NCBI GenBank assembly: GCA_902533625.1 | Contig: CACAMI010000003.1 | Coordinates: 37,431-101,430 of the forward strand | Source: an uncultured Alphaproteobacteria bacterium | GTDB taxonomy: Bacteria; Pseudomonadota; Alphaproteobacteria; Rhodobacterales; Rhodobacteraceae | Direction: 5' to 3' | Length of the DNA: 64,000 bases | In this document: positions 1-10,738 of the stretch, piece after piece | Layout: each line of letters begins with the position of its first letter | How positions within the stretch are numbered: position 1 is the stretch's first letter | Translations under genes and position numbers: made by a program | Notes under the pieces: model-generated | What the model was told of the DNA's origin: nothing | The model's input: the letters and a program-made list of their open reading frames with translations, nothing else | Databases searched by the model: none

Positions 1-2
1 CC

Positions 3-695
3 TTGTCACATCCGAAAATATTGATAATTGAAGATGAACCCAGTCAAATTGAACTGATCCATTACCATCTAAAAAAAGAGGGTTATGAAGTATTCACTTC
101 CCATGATGGAGAAGATGGGCTCATGCAGGCGTCTGAGGTTCTTCCAGATTTAATTTTGCTTGATTGGATGATTCCAAAAATTTCTGGAATAGAAGTCTGT
201 CGTCGTCTTAGAAGGAGTAGTCTAACGAAAGAAATTCCAGTAATTATGATTACGGCTCGATCTGAAGAAGTTGACAAGATCCAAGGTCTAGATATGGGTG
301 CAGATGATTACATTACAAAGCCCTATTCCATAAAGGAGCTTTTGGCTCGAGTTAGAGCTGCCATTCGCAGACCGGCATCAGCCATAGCTGAGGATAAAGT
401 TCAAACGGGAAATATCGTTATAAATCTAAAGAAGCATATTGTTAAAATACATGACAAAGAAATTGTATTAGGCCCTACCGAATATAAGCTTTTACTGCAA
501 TTAATGAAAAGTTCTGGGCGTGTGCTTAGCCGCGAACAACTTCTTGATAATGTATGGGGTATCTCGGCAAGTGTTGATTCACGAACAGTTGATGTCCACA
601 TCGGCCGATTAAGAAAATCTATAAAGAAGGTAACTGACGATAAAGTAATTAAGACAGTTCGTAGTTTTGGTTATTCATTAATAGATAGAAGTTAG
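3..695 (+). CDS. phoB: OmpR/PhoB-family response regulator, PhoB-like; TTG start at the window edge, may be complete
   Basis: Receiver domain ILIIEDE...DLILLDWMIPKISG...ITARSEEVDKIQGLDMGADDYITKPYSIKEL. Winged-helix C-terminus LSREQLLDNVWG...RTVDVHIGRLRK...TVRSFGYSL closely resembles E. coli PhoB as I recall it. Confidence 0.75.
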   Translation: MSHPKILIIEDEPSQIELIHYHLKKEGYEVFTSHDGEDGLMQASEVLPDLILLDWMIPKISGIEVCRRLRRSSLTKEIPVIMITARSEEVDKIQGLDMGADDYITKPYSIKELLARVRAAIRRPASAIAEDKVQTGNIVINLKKHIVKIHDKEIVLGPTEYKLLLQLMKSSGRVLSREQLLDNVWGISASVDSRTVDVHIGRLRKSIKKVTDDKVIKTVRSFGYSLIDRS

Positions 696-719
696 CATTA
701 ATAGCTTTGGTTTCAAAAC

Positions 720-1658
720 TTAAAAATCATTTCTAATATCCCATAATTCAGGAAAAAAATGGTGCTCTGTAACTTTTTCTAGCCACCCAACGCCAGCTGA
801 ACCTCCAGTACCAGACTTATATCCAATCATTTTCTTTACTAAAATAAAATGCTTCCAACGATAGATCGCATAATGCTCTTCAAATGTTATCAAGCTCTCT
901 GCGAGTTGGAATAGCTTATTTTCAGTACTTGGGTTTTTGCAAATTGCTAGCCAAGCGTCTTTTACCGAAGAGTTGGCCTTGTATCTTTTCGACCAATCTC
1001 TTTCCAATATGTCTTTTGAAATTTCATAACCTTCCCTATTTAAATAAAAAATAACTTCATCATAGAGACTGGGAGTATGTAGAGACTTTTCTATTTCTGG
1101 CCAAACATGTGGAACATTTTTATGTGCTGACGCCATTCTGATACTTTTGTTTCCTAAGATAAATTCAACATGCCTATACATAAAAGAGAGTTGACCTGAA
1201 GCCGTTCCAAGATAGTCTCTAAATTCGTTAAAGCCTTCTGCCTTAATCGTTGAAAGTACACTCCATGAATCAGCAAGGTATTTAACAAAGCCTGTTGCTC
1301 GACTTATTATTTCAATTGAGTTATTTACTTGATCTTCTTTAATTTGTTCTCTGGCATTGAATAACTCAAAGTGAAGGCCTCTAAATAAGATTTCTTTTAC
1401 CTGCCCCATAATATAGAAACACATTTCGTCATATGCTTTAGAACGAGGGTTCTGAAGAGAAAGTAAAAGGTCAATACTTTGATAGTCTATGTAAGGGTTT
1501 GAATTTCCCGTATAATCTGTAACAGGTTTTCCAGAAGTTTTTTTAGATGTATTATATCGGCTTTCGTCAGTAGAAATAGGCATTTCCCTAGGAAGAGGTG
1601 AAGTATCTACACCTTCAGCTTCAACAATTTTTGGAAATTTCGGTTTATATTTGGGCAT
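720..1658 (-). CDS. kynA: Tryptophan 2,3-dioxygenase family protein (divergent)
   Basis: TDO-like blocks Y-x-D-Y-x-x-x-D-LLLSLQ, DEMCFYI, and the C-terminal proximal-His block YRWKHFILVKKMIGYKSGTGGSAGVGWL. ATG at 1658, 11 nt after the upstream formamidase-like gene. Confidence 0.65.
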   Translation of the reverse strand: MPKYKPKFPKIVEAEGVDTSPLPREMPISTDESRYNTSKKTSGKPVTDYTGNSNPYIDYQSIDLLLSLQNPRSKAYDEMCFYIMGQVKEILFRGLHFELFNAREQIKEDQVNNSIEIISRATGFVKYLADSWSVLSTIKAEGFNEFRDYLGTASGQLSFMYRHVEFILGNKSIRMASAHKNVPHVWPEIEKSLHTPSLYDEVIFYLNREGYEISKDILERDWSKRYKANSSVKDAWLAICKNPSTENKLFQLAESLITFEEHYAIYRWKHFILVKKMIGYKSGTGGSAGVGWLEKVTEHHFFPELWDIRNDF

Positions 1659-1669
1659 ATAATTTAACT

Positions 1670-2584
1670 TTACACGCTTAAAAGTTCCTTCAATTCTTTT
1701 CCCAGGGGCTCATCAAAATTTGCTAGATCTAATATTATATCAAAGTGATTTTTATTTTTTATTTCAACAGATCTTACAGAAACGTTTTCGTCAATCAATT
1801 TGTTTGCAAAAAATTTACTTTGCCTTTTGAATTGGTCAGTTTCATTTTCTCCCCAAGCTACAATAGTTGATGGAAAATTCTTTAGACTACTAAGCATAGG
1901 ACTGTTCCTAACAGCTTGATCCGGAGTCAAGGAAAGTTTCTTGTCAATTGACGTTCCGATCAAAGGTTCAATCTCATATATGCCTGAGACCAAAACGGTA
2001 CCAAAAGGCTTAATTTTGCTTTTGGAATTAGACAAAGAACACATTGCAGCAAGATGTGCTCCAGCTGAACTTCCAGCTAAAATAATCTTGTCTTTATCGA
2101 TCCCCAAATCTTGGTCATTTAAAGCGAGCCAATTCAAGGCTTCTCTGCATTCTAAAACTATTTCGTCAATTGAAGCATGAGGGGCAAGAGTATATTCAAC
2201 TGCTGCAAACACAATACCATTTTCTGCTAAACTTAAAGCAGGAAAAAAAGATTCCTGTATTGATAGTTCTTGCCAGTAGCCACCGTGAAAAAAAACCAAT
2301 ATGGGGACTGCGGCTTTTTTGGAATGGCTGGAATTGGAGCAGGAAATCTCTAAAATTTGATTTTCTTTATTGCCATACTTATATCTTTTTGAATTCACTT
2401 TGGATCTGGCTAGTGCGCTCTCAGAAAGATATCTTTTTATAAATGGCTCGTAGTTTCCACCTATGACGGAGCTTGGAGAATATTCTTTATCTCTTTCAGA
2501 TAAAGTTAGTTTTTCCCAACCTAGATCAAATATTTCAGAATATTTTTTTGAAGGCCACTGTTTATTTAAATTCAAAATTTTCAC
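1670..2584 (-). CDS. Alpha/beta-hydrolase, arylformamidase (kynurenine formamidase, AFMID/Bna7-type)-like, paralogue 1
   Basis: Oxyanion HGGYW motif and nucleophile elbow GSSAGAHL. C-terminal NHFDI. Immediately upstream of the TDO-like gene in the same operon. GTG start. Confidence 0.6.
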   Translation of the reverse strand: MKILNLNKQWPSKKYSEIFDLGWEKLTLSERDKEYSPSSVIGGNYEPFIKRYLSESALARSKVNSKRYKYGNKENQILEISCSNSSHSKKAAVPILVFFHGGYWQELSIQESFFPALSLAENGIVFAAVEYTLAPHASIDEIVLECREALNWLALNDQDLGIDKDKIILAGSSAGAHLAAMCSLSNSKSKIKPFGTVLVSGIYEIEPLIGTSIDKKLSLTPDQAVRNSPMLSSLKNFPSTIVAWGENETDQFKRQSKFFANKLIDENVSVRSVEIKNKNHFDIILDLANFDEPLGKELKELLSV

Positions 2585-2729
2585 TTTGTTTAAATGGGTA
2601 AACTATTTGAGCATAGTTATACATAATCCTAGAAAAGAAATCATCTCAAATAAAAGAAACCTCCATTCATTCGACCATAAAAATATTAAAATAATATTTT
2701 AAAGGATAATGATAAGTCCATCACTAAGA

Positions 2730-3587
2730 TTACAGCATCATTGATCCCACGATTTTAAATAATTCGCTATGTGGATCAGCTAGATCCGTCACAATATCGA
2801 AATGATTTCGATTTTGGGTTTCTGATCCGGTGACATGTATTCCAGACTTTTGAAGCTTGGCTAGAAACTCTTCGCTTTGGCGTTTAAATTCATCAGTTTC
2901 TTTTTCTCCCCAGCTGATATGTAGGTTTGGTCCAGGGGCGAAGTTTAAGTGTTGGGGAGAATTTCTCTTTGCAGCTTTAAAATCAAGCTGTAACCATTGG
3001 TTTGGTATACAGTGCCTAACCGGTTCAAGGTCATAAAGCCCACTAAGCAATAGCCCACCTTTCAGGATGTTCATTGGTAGGGAATGTTCTGTCAGCCAGT
3101 CCCTGGTCATAGCCATGGCCGAAAGTTGTGCCCCTGCGGATGAGCCGCATATGAATAGTCGGTCCGGATCTCCTCCGTGATATTTTATATTGTTAAATAT
3201 CCATACGACGGCACGGCGAATTTCATTGACGATCTGATCAAGGGCTGCTTCAGGGGCGAGTGTATATTCAATAACAGCCGTGCTAATTCCAATTTTTCCA
3301 AGAGCTTTTGCCATAAAGGCACTATCTTTCCGTCCTAGTAACCGCCAGTAACCACCATGAATAAAAATGAAAACAGGTGCCTCTTTTACGGTTGGAAAAT
3401 AATCTATACGTTCTGATGGTGTTAATCCGTAGGGTAGATCCCGGACAACCTTACATTCAGAATAACTTTTTGCACTCAATGACTGATATCGATTTATTTC
3501 GAAATCGAAATCTGCAACTGAAGCACGAGCATTGTACTGACGTTCAAGCTCTTCTTGGCAAAAAGATTTCCATATTTCCGTCATCAT
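2730..3587 (-). CDS. Alpha/beta-hydrolase, arylformamidase-like, paralogue 2
   Basis: HGGYW, GSSAGAQL and NHFDI motifs colinear with 1670..2584. AGGAG SD upstream of an ATGATG start. Confidence 0.6.
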   Translation of the reverse strand: MMTEIWKSFCQEELERQYNARASVADFDFEINRYQSLSAKSYSECKVVRDLPYGLTPSERIDYFPTVKEAPVFIFIHGGYWRLLGRKDSAFMAKALGKIGISTAVIEYTLAPEAALDQIVNEIRRAVVWIFNNIKYHGGDPDRLFICGSSAGAQLSAMAMTRDWLTEHSLPMNILKGGLLLSGLYDLEPVRHCIPNQWLQLDFKAAKRNSPQHLNFAPGPNLHISWGEKETDEFKRQSEEFLAKLQKSGIHVTGSETQNRNHFDIVTDLADPHSELFKIVGSMML

Positions 3588-3864
3588 TAAACTCCTAGAT
3601 AGGTTTCAGAAAAATTTTTCATATCCTGCAAAGTTCCCATTTAAGCACTTACAGTAATCATGTGAAATAGATCTTTGCTCATCTTAAGTATATCTTTTGA
3701 GTTTTTCAAAAATATGAGTATGAAACATTCTATATATTTAGCATCATTTTAATAGATTTTTATAATTATATAGAATCTGAAGCTTAAGAAAGGCCAATTG
3801 CAATTAGGGTTGAAATAAAGTGGGCACCATGTAATGTTGACCTAAAACTGAAAGAGTATTTAAA

Positions 3865-6162
3865 ATGCGCGTTGCCTGTTTAGGTGGTGGACCAGCCGGT
3901 CTTTATTTTGCTATATCACTTAAACTGCGAAATCCTAGTCATGAGATTAATGTTTTCGAGCGTAATAAGCCCGATGATACATTTGGATGGGGTGTTGTTC
4001 TCTCTGATGAGACTTTAGAAAATCTACATAATAATGATCCGGTTAGTGCTAAGGCCATAAGTGATCATTTTGCCTACTGGGATGATATCGCACTACACTA
4101 TAGAGGTCAGAGGTTAATTTCTTCAGGACATGGGTTTTGTGGTATAGGACGAAAAAAGATGCTTCAAATTCTCCAGGAGCGAGCAAATGATTTAGGAGTT
4201 AAGTTTCAATTTGAGTCAGAAGTATCATGCGCTTCTGATTATGCAGAGTCCTATGATTTAGTTGTTGCTGCAGATGGACTGAACTCAAGAACTCGAGACG
4301 AATTCAAATCACATTTTAAACCTGATCTTGAATTAAGAAAATGCCAGTTTGTTTGGCTTGGCACACATCAAAAATTTTCCGATGCTTTTACCTTTATTTT
4401 TGAGGAAACCAAATTTGGATGGGTTTGGGCACATGCTTACCAATTTGATAAAAATACGGCAACTTTCATAGTAGAATGTACTCAAGAGACTTTTGATAAA
4501 TTTGGTTTTGCTGATCTAACTCAGAACGAAAGTATAAAGATTTGTGAGGAAATTTTTAAGGATCATCTCGATAATAATCCACTGATGACAAATTCTAAAC
4601 ACATTCGAGGTTCAGCCTGGTTGAGATTTCCCCGTGTACTGTGTGAGAAGTGGCATTACGAGAATATAGTTCTTTTAGGAGATTCGGCGGCTACAGCACA
4701 TTTCTCCATTGGTTCAGGAACAAAACTCGCACTAGAGTCTGCAATTGAGCTAGCGGAATGTGTTGAACAGGAGGAGCATCTTTCTAAGGCTTTCGAAAAT
4801 TATGAAAGTGCTCGTCGGCTTGACGTACTTCGACTCCAATCAGCTGCTAGAAATTCTGTCGAATGGTTTGAGGACGTGGAAAGATATCTGGACCTTAATC
4901 CAACCCAACTCAATTATTCTTTATTGACCCGTTCCCAAAGGATAAGTCATGAAAATTTGAGAGAGCGGGATAAGTCTTGGCTTACTACTGCTGAACGTTG
5001 GTTTATGGATCAATCTGGGGCAGCTTCATCTTTACCCACTCGCCCGCCAATGTTTGCTCCATTTGCCATCCGAGGACTAAAGCTTAAAAATCGCATTGTT
5101 GTATCGCCAATGGCTCAATACAAAGCTGAAGATGGGTGCCCTACGGATTGGCATTTGATTCACTATGGCGAAAGAGCTAAAGGAGGAGCTGGGTTAGTTT
5201 ACACAGAGATGACTTGTATAAGTCCTGAAGGTCGAATCACACCTGGATGTGCAGGGCTCTACGCTCCAGAACATGAAACTGCTTGGGCAAGAATTACAGA
5301 TTTTGTACACTCAAACTCCGAAGCCAAAATCTGTTGTCAGATTGGTCATTCTGGTCGTAAGGGTTCAACCCAGCTTGGCTGGGAGATAATGGACGCTCCC
5401 CTTGCTTATGATAATTGGGATTTGGTCTCGGCATCAGCAATTCCCTGGTCAGACGAAAATTCTACGCCAAGCGAAATCACCCGTGAAGAAATGAAAAGGG
5501 TGAAAAGTGAATTCACTAACTCTGTAGCTATGGCAAACCGAGCGGGTTTTGATATGATTGAGCTGCATGCTGCTCACGGTTATCTTATTTCATCATTTAT
5601 CTCTCCTGTTTCTAATCAGCGTATCGACGAATATGGAGGGGCATTTGAAAATCGCATGCGGTTTCCTTTGGAAGTCTTTGAGGTAATGCGTGCAGCATGG
5701 CCCCAAGATAAGCCACTTTCAGTTAGAATTTCAGCTAGTGACTGGTTGGGGGAAGCTGGAGTAACTCCAGAGGAATCTGTAAGAATTTCCAAAGCTTTTT
5801 GGGATGTCGGAGCAGATTTAATTGACGTTTCTGCGGGTCAAACATCTATAGAGGCTAAACCCATATATGGACGAATGTTTCAAACTCCATTTTCTGACCG
5901 TATTAGAAATGAGGCAGGAATAAAAACCATGGCAGTTGGCAATATTTACGAGGCCGATCATGCTAATTCTATTCTTATGGCAGGGCGTGCAGATTTGGTA
6001 GCCATTGGGCGACCTCATCTTTCAAATCCCTATTGGACATTGCATGAGGCTAGTAAAATTGGAGACCGAGAAGCAAGGGATTGGCCCGAACCTTATCTGG
6101 CTGGGCGTGATCAGATGTGGCGATTGTCAGATCGAGAGAAGGAGCTTACCAATTCAAAATGA
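3865..6162 (+). CDS. abmA: 2-aminobenzoyl-CoA monooxygenase/reductase-type fusion (N-terminal FAD aromatic hydroxylase plus C-terminal Old-Yellow-Enzyme-like NAD(P)H:flavin oxidoreductase). Salicylyl-CoA 5-hydroxylase is the alternative.
   Basis: 765 aa. N-terminal [10 protein letters not shown] dinucleotide fold and [16 protein letters not shown]-terminal OYE blocks [24 protein letters not shown]. This fusion architecture is characteristic of the Azoarcus evansii enzyme family. An aryl-CoA ligase lies in the same operon. Confidence 0.75.
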   Translation: MRVACLGGGPAGLYFAISLKLRNPSHEINVFERNKPDDTFGWGVVLSDETLENLHNNDPVSAKAISDHFAYWDDIALHYRGQRLISSGHGFCGIGRKKMLQILQERANDLGVKFQFESEVSCASDYAESYDLVVAADGLNSRTRDEFKSHFKPDLELRKCQFVWLGTHQKFSDAFTFIFEETKFGWVWAHAYQFDKNTATFIVECTQETFDKFGFADLTQNESIKICEEIFKDHLDNNPLMTNSKHIRGSAWLRFPRVLCEKWHYENIVLLGDSAATAHFSIGSGTKLALESAIELAECVEQEEHLSKAFENYESARRLDVLRLQSAARNSVEWFEDVERYLDLNPTQLNYSLLTRSQRISHENLRERDKSWLTTAERWFMDQSGAASSLPTRPPMFAPFAIRGLKLKNRIVVSPMAQYKAEDGCPTDWHLIHYGERAKGGAGLVYTEMTCISPEGRITPGCAGLYAPEHETAWARITDFVHSNSEAKICCQIGHSGRKGSTQLGWEIMDAPLAYDNWDLVSASAIPWSDENSTPSEITREEMKRVKSEFTNSVAMANRAGFDMIELHAAHGYLISSFISPVSNQRIDEYGGAFENRMRFPLEVFEVMRAAWPQDKPLSVRISASDWLGEAGVTPEESVRISKAFWDVGADLIDVSAGQTSIEAKPIYGRMFQTPFSDRIRNEAGIKTMAVGNIYEADHANSILMAGRADLVAIGRPHLSNPYWTLHEASKIGDREARDWPEPYLAGRDQMWRLSDREKELTNSK

Positions 6163-6902
6163 GTATCCAGGGTAAACATATTATAGTAACAGGTGGCGGT
6201 TCCGGGGTGGGAAAAGCTACCGCACATAAATTGGCTAAGGAGGGAGCTAAGATCACAATTTTGGGTCGTACAGAAGAGCAGCTCAAAGAACAAAACCTTA
6301 ACTACAAGCTTTGTGACGTAACTGATGAAAAAGATGTAGAGAAAGCCTTTAATATGGCGCGTATTGAGCAAGGCCCAATTTGGGGAGTTATTGCCAATGC
6401 TGGTGCCGCAACAAGTTTGCCTTTTAAAAAGTTTAATCAAGAGCATTTACAATCAATGCTAGCAGTTAATCTAATCGGGGTATCAAATTCCTTCCACGCT
6501 GGGCTAGAGGATATGTTAGATAAAAATGATGGCAGGATGATTGTGATAGCTTCAACTGCTGGACTCAAAGGCTATGCGTATTCCAGCGCTTATTCAGCTG
6601 CAAAACATGGGGTTATAGGACTGGTAAGGTCTCTGGCATTGGAGCTTGCAAATGTTGGTATCACGGTTAATGCAATCTGCCCCGGCTATACCGAGACTCC
6701 ACTTTTGGAAAAAGCTATTTTGAACATCAAGGAAAAATCAAAGATTAGTCGTGTGGAGGTAGAAAAGATTTTACTCAAGGGCAATCCACAAGGTCGTTTT
6801 ATCCAGACAGATGAAATTGCCGAAACAGTTCTTTGGCTATGTTCAAATGCTGCACGCTCTGTAAATGGTCACACACTTACAATTTCTGGAGGTGAAATAT
6901 GA
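6159..6902 (+). CDS. Short-chain dehydrogenase/reductase (3-hydroxyacyl-CoA dehydrogenase-like)
   Basis: [10 protein letters not shown] Rossmann motif, NAG, and a S...YSAAKHG catalytic tetrad. The ATG overlaps the stop of the upstream gene (ATGA at 6159-6162). Confidence 0.8.
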   Translation: MSIQGKHIIVTGGGSGVGKATAHKLAKEGAKITILGRTEEQLKEQNLNYKLCDVTDEKDVEKAFNMARIEQGPIWGVIANAGAATSLPFKKFNQEHLQSMLAVNLIGVSNSFHAGLEDMLDKNDGRMIVIASTAGLKGYAYSSAYSAAKHGVIGLVRSLALELANVGITVNAICPGYTETPLLEKAILNIKEKSKISRVEVEKILLKGNPQGRFIQTDEIAETVLWLCSNAARSVNGHTLTISGGEI

Positions 6903-7037
6903 GTTTAATCTTAACTAAAATTTTCAAATTAATTTATAAGTTTTTGCGAACTTCAAACTGTTTGAGTGTAAGTTTTTACCAAAACAGATTTCAAAACCCA
7001 TCTGACTTTGGTCGCCCATCTAATGGAAGGATTAAAA

Positions 7038-7847
7038 ATGAATGTTAAACTGGATATTTGTCAAGGTGTAAACGCAGAGCTAGCTGGAAATATTGCGAAA
7101 ATTGCTCTCGCAATTCCTGCTAAGAAAAATCCCTTTACATTCGAGAGTTATGCGGCTCTACGGGATTGGTTCTTAAATGTTAAATATAACGATGAGATTC
7201 ATGCAGTTGTGTGGTTGCCTACTGAGGGTAATTTTTCCTCAGGAGGTGATGTTAATGATATAATTGGACCACTAACGACCATGTCAATGAAGGAGCTTCT
7301 TTCCTTTACCCGTATGACAGGTGACTTAGTTAAGGCGATGATTGGTAGTGGCAAACCAATTATTGCTGCTGTAGACGGTATTTGTGCAGGTGCTGGTGCG
7401 ATTGTGGCAATGGCGTCAGATTTACGTGTTGGCACTTTTTCTAGTAAAACTGCATTTTTATTTAACCGTGTTGGTTTGGCAGGTTGTGATATGGGAGCAT
7501 GTGCTATGCTTCCTCGTATTATAGGGCAGGGTCGTGCATCAGAGTTATTGTATACGGGACGTTCAATGAGTGGTGAAGAAGGTTTGAGCTGGGGGTTCTT
7601 CAATCAACTTGCAGAATCAAAGGCTTTGGAAGAGGTAGCAATGTCACTCGCTCTTCGTATTGCTCAAGGTCCAAGATTTGCCAATATGATGACAAAAACA
7701 ATGTTAGCTCAAGAATGGTCTATGAGTTTGGATCAGGCTATTGAGGCAGAAGCTCAGGCCCAGGCGATTTGTATGCAGGGGCAAGATTTCAAACGGGCAT
7801 TTGAAGCCTTTGTGTCGCGTGAGAAACCCATCTTTGAGGGAGATTAA
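7038..7847 (+). CDS. Enoyl-CoA hydratase/isomerase (crotonase) family
   Basis: Crotonase core [31 protein letters not shown] before the ATG at 7038 (the ORF track starts earlier, at 7008). Confidence 0.8.
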   Translation: MNVKLDICQGVNAELAGNIAKIALAIPAKKNPFTFESYAALRDWFLNVKYNDEIHAVVWLPTEGNFSSGGDVNDIIGPLTTMSMKELLSFTRMTGDLVKAMIGSGKPIIAAVDGICAGAGAIVAMASDLRVGTFSSKTAFLFNRVGLAGCDMGACAMLPRIIGQGRASELLYTGRSMSGEEGLSWGFFNQLAESKALEEVAMSLALRIAQGPRFANMMTKTMLAQEWSMSLDQAIEAEAQAQAICMQGQDFKRAFEAFVSREKPIFEGD

Positions 7848-9001
7848 TGGTAGATAAAACTTTTTTACACTGGCCATTTTTTGGTGATGATCATCGAGAT
7901 GTGCGATTACGATTAAAGGAATTTATTTCAAGGGAACTTTGCGTAGTCGATCATGGTAATATAGATCAGGCTTGCAAAAAATTAGTGTCAGCCTTAGGAG
8001 GGGCCAATTTTCTAATGTATACAGGTGATCCGACGGGAAAACTAGATGTTCGGACACTTTGCTTGATAAGAGAAACCCTTGCCTATCATGATGGACTAGC
8101 TGATTTTTCTTTTGCCATGCAAGGATTAGGCTCAGGTGCAATATCCTTATATGGATCAGAAGAGCAAAAACAGGAATGGTTGACCAAAACTCGAAATGGA
8201 AAGGCGATAGCAGCGTTTGCGCTGACTGAACCTCAGTCTGGATCTGATGTTGCAAATTCTACTATGACCGCCATAAAGGACGGAAACCAATTTGTCTTGA
8301 ATGGTGAAAAAACTTGGATATCTAATGGAGGTATTGCGGACTTTTATACAGTCTTTGCTAGGACAGGTGAGGGACCGGGGGCAAAGGGGTTGTCTGCTTT
8401 TATTGTTACTCCCGAGGTTCAGGGCTTTGATGTTATTGAACGCTTAGAAACAATTGCTCCACATCCCCTGGCCCGATTGAAATTTTCTGATTGTAGGATC
8501 CCTGCGACTTCAATGATTGGAGAGGCTGGTGAGGGTTTTAAAATTGCTATGTCAGTTCTGGATATTTTTAGATCTTCTGTCGGTGCGGCTGCACTTGGCT
8601 TTGCCCGCCGAGCTCTTGATGCTACCCTTGCCCGTGTGGAAAGTCGTGAAATCCAAGGTTCAAAATTATCAGAAATGCAAATGATACAGGCTCATATCGC
8701 TGACATGGCAATAGCGATTGATACTAGTGCACTCTTAGTTTACCGGGCGGCTTGGGCAAAGGATCAGGGCCAGGACCGTATAACGCGAGAGGCAGCAATG
8801 GCCAAATTCCATGCAACAGAGGAGGCACAAAAAGTTATTGATATGGCGGTTCAAATTCATGGTGGTGATGGAGTTAAGAGCGGTTTTTTGGTTGAAAAAC
8901 TTTACCGGGAGATACGGGCCCTCCGAATTTATGAGGGTGCAAGCGATGTACAGAAGATTATTATGGCTCGCCAAGTATTAGCAGAAGAGATAGGAGTATA
9001 A
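7847..9001 (+). CDS. Acyl-CoA dehydrogenase
   Basis: ALTEPQSGSD, GEKTWISNG, IHGGDG and YEGASDVQKIIMAR blocks. TAATG overlap with the upstream gene. Confidence 0.85.
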   Translation: MVDKTFLHWPFFGDDHRDVRLRLKEFISRELCVVDHGNIDQACKKLVSALGGANFLMYTGDPTGKLDVRTLCLIRETLAYHDGLADFSFAMQGLGSGAISLYGSEEQKQEWLTKTRNGKAIAAFALTEPQSGSDVANSTMTAIKDGNQFVLNGEKTWISNGGIADFYTVFARTGEGPGAKGLSAFIVTPEVQGFDVIERLETIAPHPLARLKFSDCRIPATSMIGEAGEGFKIAMSVLDIFRSSVGAAALGFARRALDATLARVESREIQGSKLSEMQMIQAHIADMAIAIDTSALLVYRAAWAKDQGQDRITREAAMAKFHATEEAQKVIDMAVQIHGGDGVKSGFLVEKLYREIRALRIYEGASDVQKIIMARQVLAEEIGV

Positions 9002-9004
9002 ATA

Positions 9005-10624
9005 ATGTTAAGTCCCTCAGCACATATTGATACATTTGCCAGAGATAACTTGCCCCCAGTGGATCAGTGGCCTGAATTTAATCTTGAAATGTTTGATTAT
9101 CCTGACCATCTGAATGCAGCTTTTGAGCTAACCGACAAAATGGTTTCTGCAGGTTTTGGCGATAATACAGCTTTGATTGGAAATGGAAGGCGCCGAACCT
9201 ATAAGGAACTTACGGACTGGTCAAACAGGCTTGCTCACGCTTTGGTGGAGGATTTGGGTGTTAAGCCTGGCAACCGAGTATTAATTCGGTCAGCGAACAA
9301 CCCAGCCATGGTTGCTTGTTGGCTGGCTGCCACAAAGGTGGGAGCAGTGGTAGTAAACACAATGCCATTATTGCGTGCGGCCGAGCTTAGAAAATATATT
9401 GAAATGGCTAAAATAGATTTTGCACTATGCGACAGTCGTTTATCTGAGGAAATGAGAGCTTGTGAAGAGGATTTTCCTAAACTTATGGTAAAAGAATTTG
9501 ACGGCACTTCAAACCATAATGCCGAACTTGACCAGTTAGCCTTGGAAAAACCGGTACAGTTTCATTCAGTCAAAACCGGTCGCGATGATGTAGCTCTTTT
9601 AAGTTTTACTAGTGGGTCAACAGGAGAACCTAAAGCGACCATGCATTTTCATCGTGATTTAATGATCGTCGCAGATGGGTATGCGAAAGAAGTTTTAAAC
9701 GTTTCAGAGACAGATGTATTTGTAGGCTCACCGCCTTTGGCATTTACATTCGGTTTGGGAGGTTTGGCAATTTTCCCACTTCGCTTTGGTGCAGCAGCAA
9801 CACTTTTAGAAGATGCTTCGCCTCCAAATCTTATTGAAATTATTCAAAAGTATAAAGCAACTGTATGTTTTACTGCACCGACAGCTTATCGTGTGATGTT
9901 ACAAGCGATGGATGAAGGGGCAAATCTTTCCAGCTTACGTGCAGCTGTCAGCGCTGGTGAAACCTTGCCTGCTCCAATTTATGAAGACTGGAAAGCAAAG
10001 ACAGGAAAACCGATGCTAGACGGGATAGGAGCGACCGAACTTTTGCATATTTTCATTTCTAATAGATTTGAGGATCATAAGCCGTCTTGTACAGGAAAAC
10101 CGGTCACAGGATATGAGGCTAAAGTGGTTAATGAGCACGGACAAGATGTCCCTGAAGGTGAAATTGGTCGGTTAGCAGTGCGTGGACCTACGGGTTGCAG
10201 GTACCTTAATGATAAGCGTCAGAAACTTTATGTTATAGATGGATGGAATATTACTGGAGATAGTTTTTCACGCGATTCAGAGGGTTATTTTCATTTTGCG
10301 GCCCGAAATGATGACATGATTATCTCTTCTGGTTACAATATTGCGGGGCCGGAGGTGGAGGCAGCTCTTTTAGCACATGAAGCCGTCTCTGAATGTGCAG
10401 TTATAGGAATTCCTGATGAAGAGAGAGGAGAGATTGTAGAAGCACATATTGTGTTGAATGGCGAAAAGATTGGGGATCAAACTCTAACAAAGGCATTACA
10501 AGATCATGTTAAATCTATAATAGCACCCTATAAGTATCCCCGCTCAATAATTTACAAAAAGACTTTGCCTAAAACTCAGACTGGTAAAATTCAAAGATTC
10601 CGATTAAAAGCAAACCACAAGTAA
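9005..10624 (+). CDS. abmG: Aryl-CoA ligase, 2-aminobenzoate(anthranilate)/benzoate-CoA ligase-like
   Basis: AMP-binding signature FTSGSTGEPKATMH, GWNITGD, PKTQTGKIQR. Operon context with the monooxygenase/reductase fusion. Confidence 0.7.
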   Translation: MLSPSAHIDTFARDNLPPVDQWPEFNLEMFDYPDHLNAAFELTDKMVSAGFGDNTALIGNGRRRTYKELTDWSNRLAHALVEDLGVKPGNRVLIRSANNPAMVACWLAATKVGAVVVNTMPLLRAAELRKYIEMAKIDFALCDSRLSEEMRACEEDFPKLMVKEFDGTSNHNAELDQLALEKPVQFHSVKTGRDDVALLSFTSGSTGEPKATMHFHRDLMIVADGYAKEVLNVSETDVFVGSPPLAFTFGLGGLAIFPLRFGAAATLLEDASPPNLIEIIQKYKATVCFTAPTAYRVMLQAMDEGANLSSLRAAVSAGETLPAPIYEDWKAKTGKPMLDGIGATELLHIFISNRFEDHKPSCTGKPVTGYEAKVVNEHGQDVPEGEIGRLAVRGPTGCRYLNDKRQKLYVIDGWNITGDSFSRDSEGYFHFAARNDDMIISSGYNIAGPEVEAALLAHEAVSECAVIGIPDEERGEIVEAHIVLNGEKIGDQTLTKALQDHVKSIIAPYKYPRSIIYKKTLPKTQTGKIQRFRLKANHK

Positions 10625-10738
10625 ATAATTTGAAATCTTTGCAGATTCGATTAACAAAGATCCTATCGATGTTATTTGGTTTGAAGGAAAATTGAATATG
10701 TATAATTTTGAAGAAAAAAAAATAAATAGGGAGAAAAA

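Noticed and set aside
7199-7603. 134-aa antisense ORF inside the crotonase gene (similarly 60611..61012, 50576..50941, 21079..21375, 9235..9507, 13384..13653)
   Set aside because: These are fully embedded antisense to well-supported CDS. Their Pro/Ser/Ala-rich composition is typical of shadow ORFs, and they carry no recognisable motifs.
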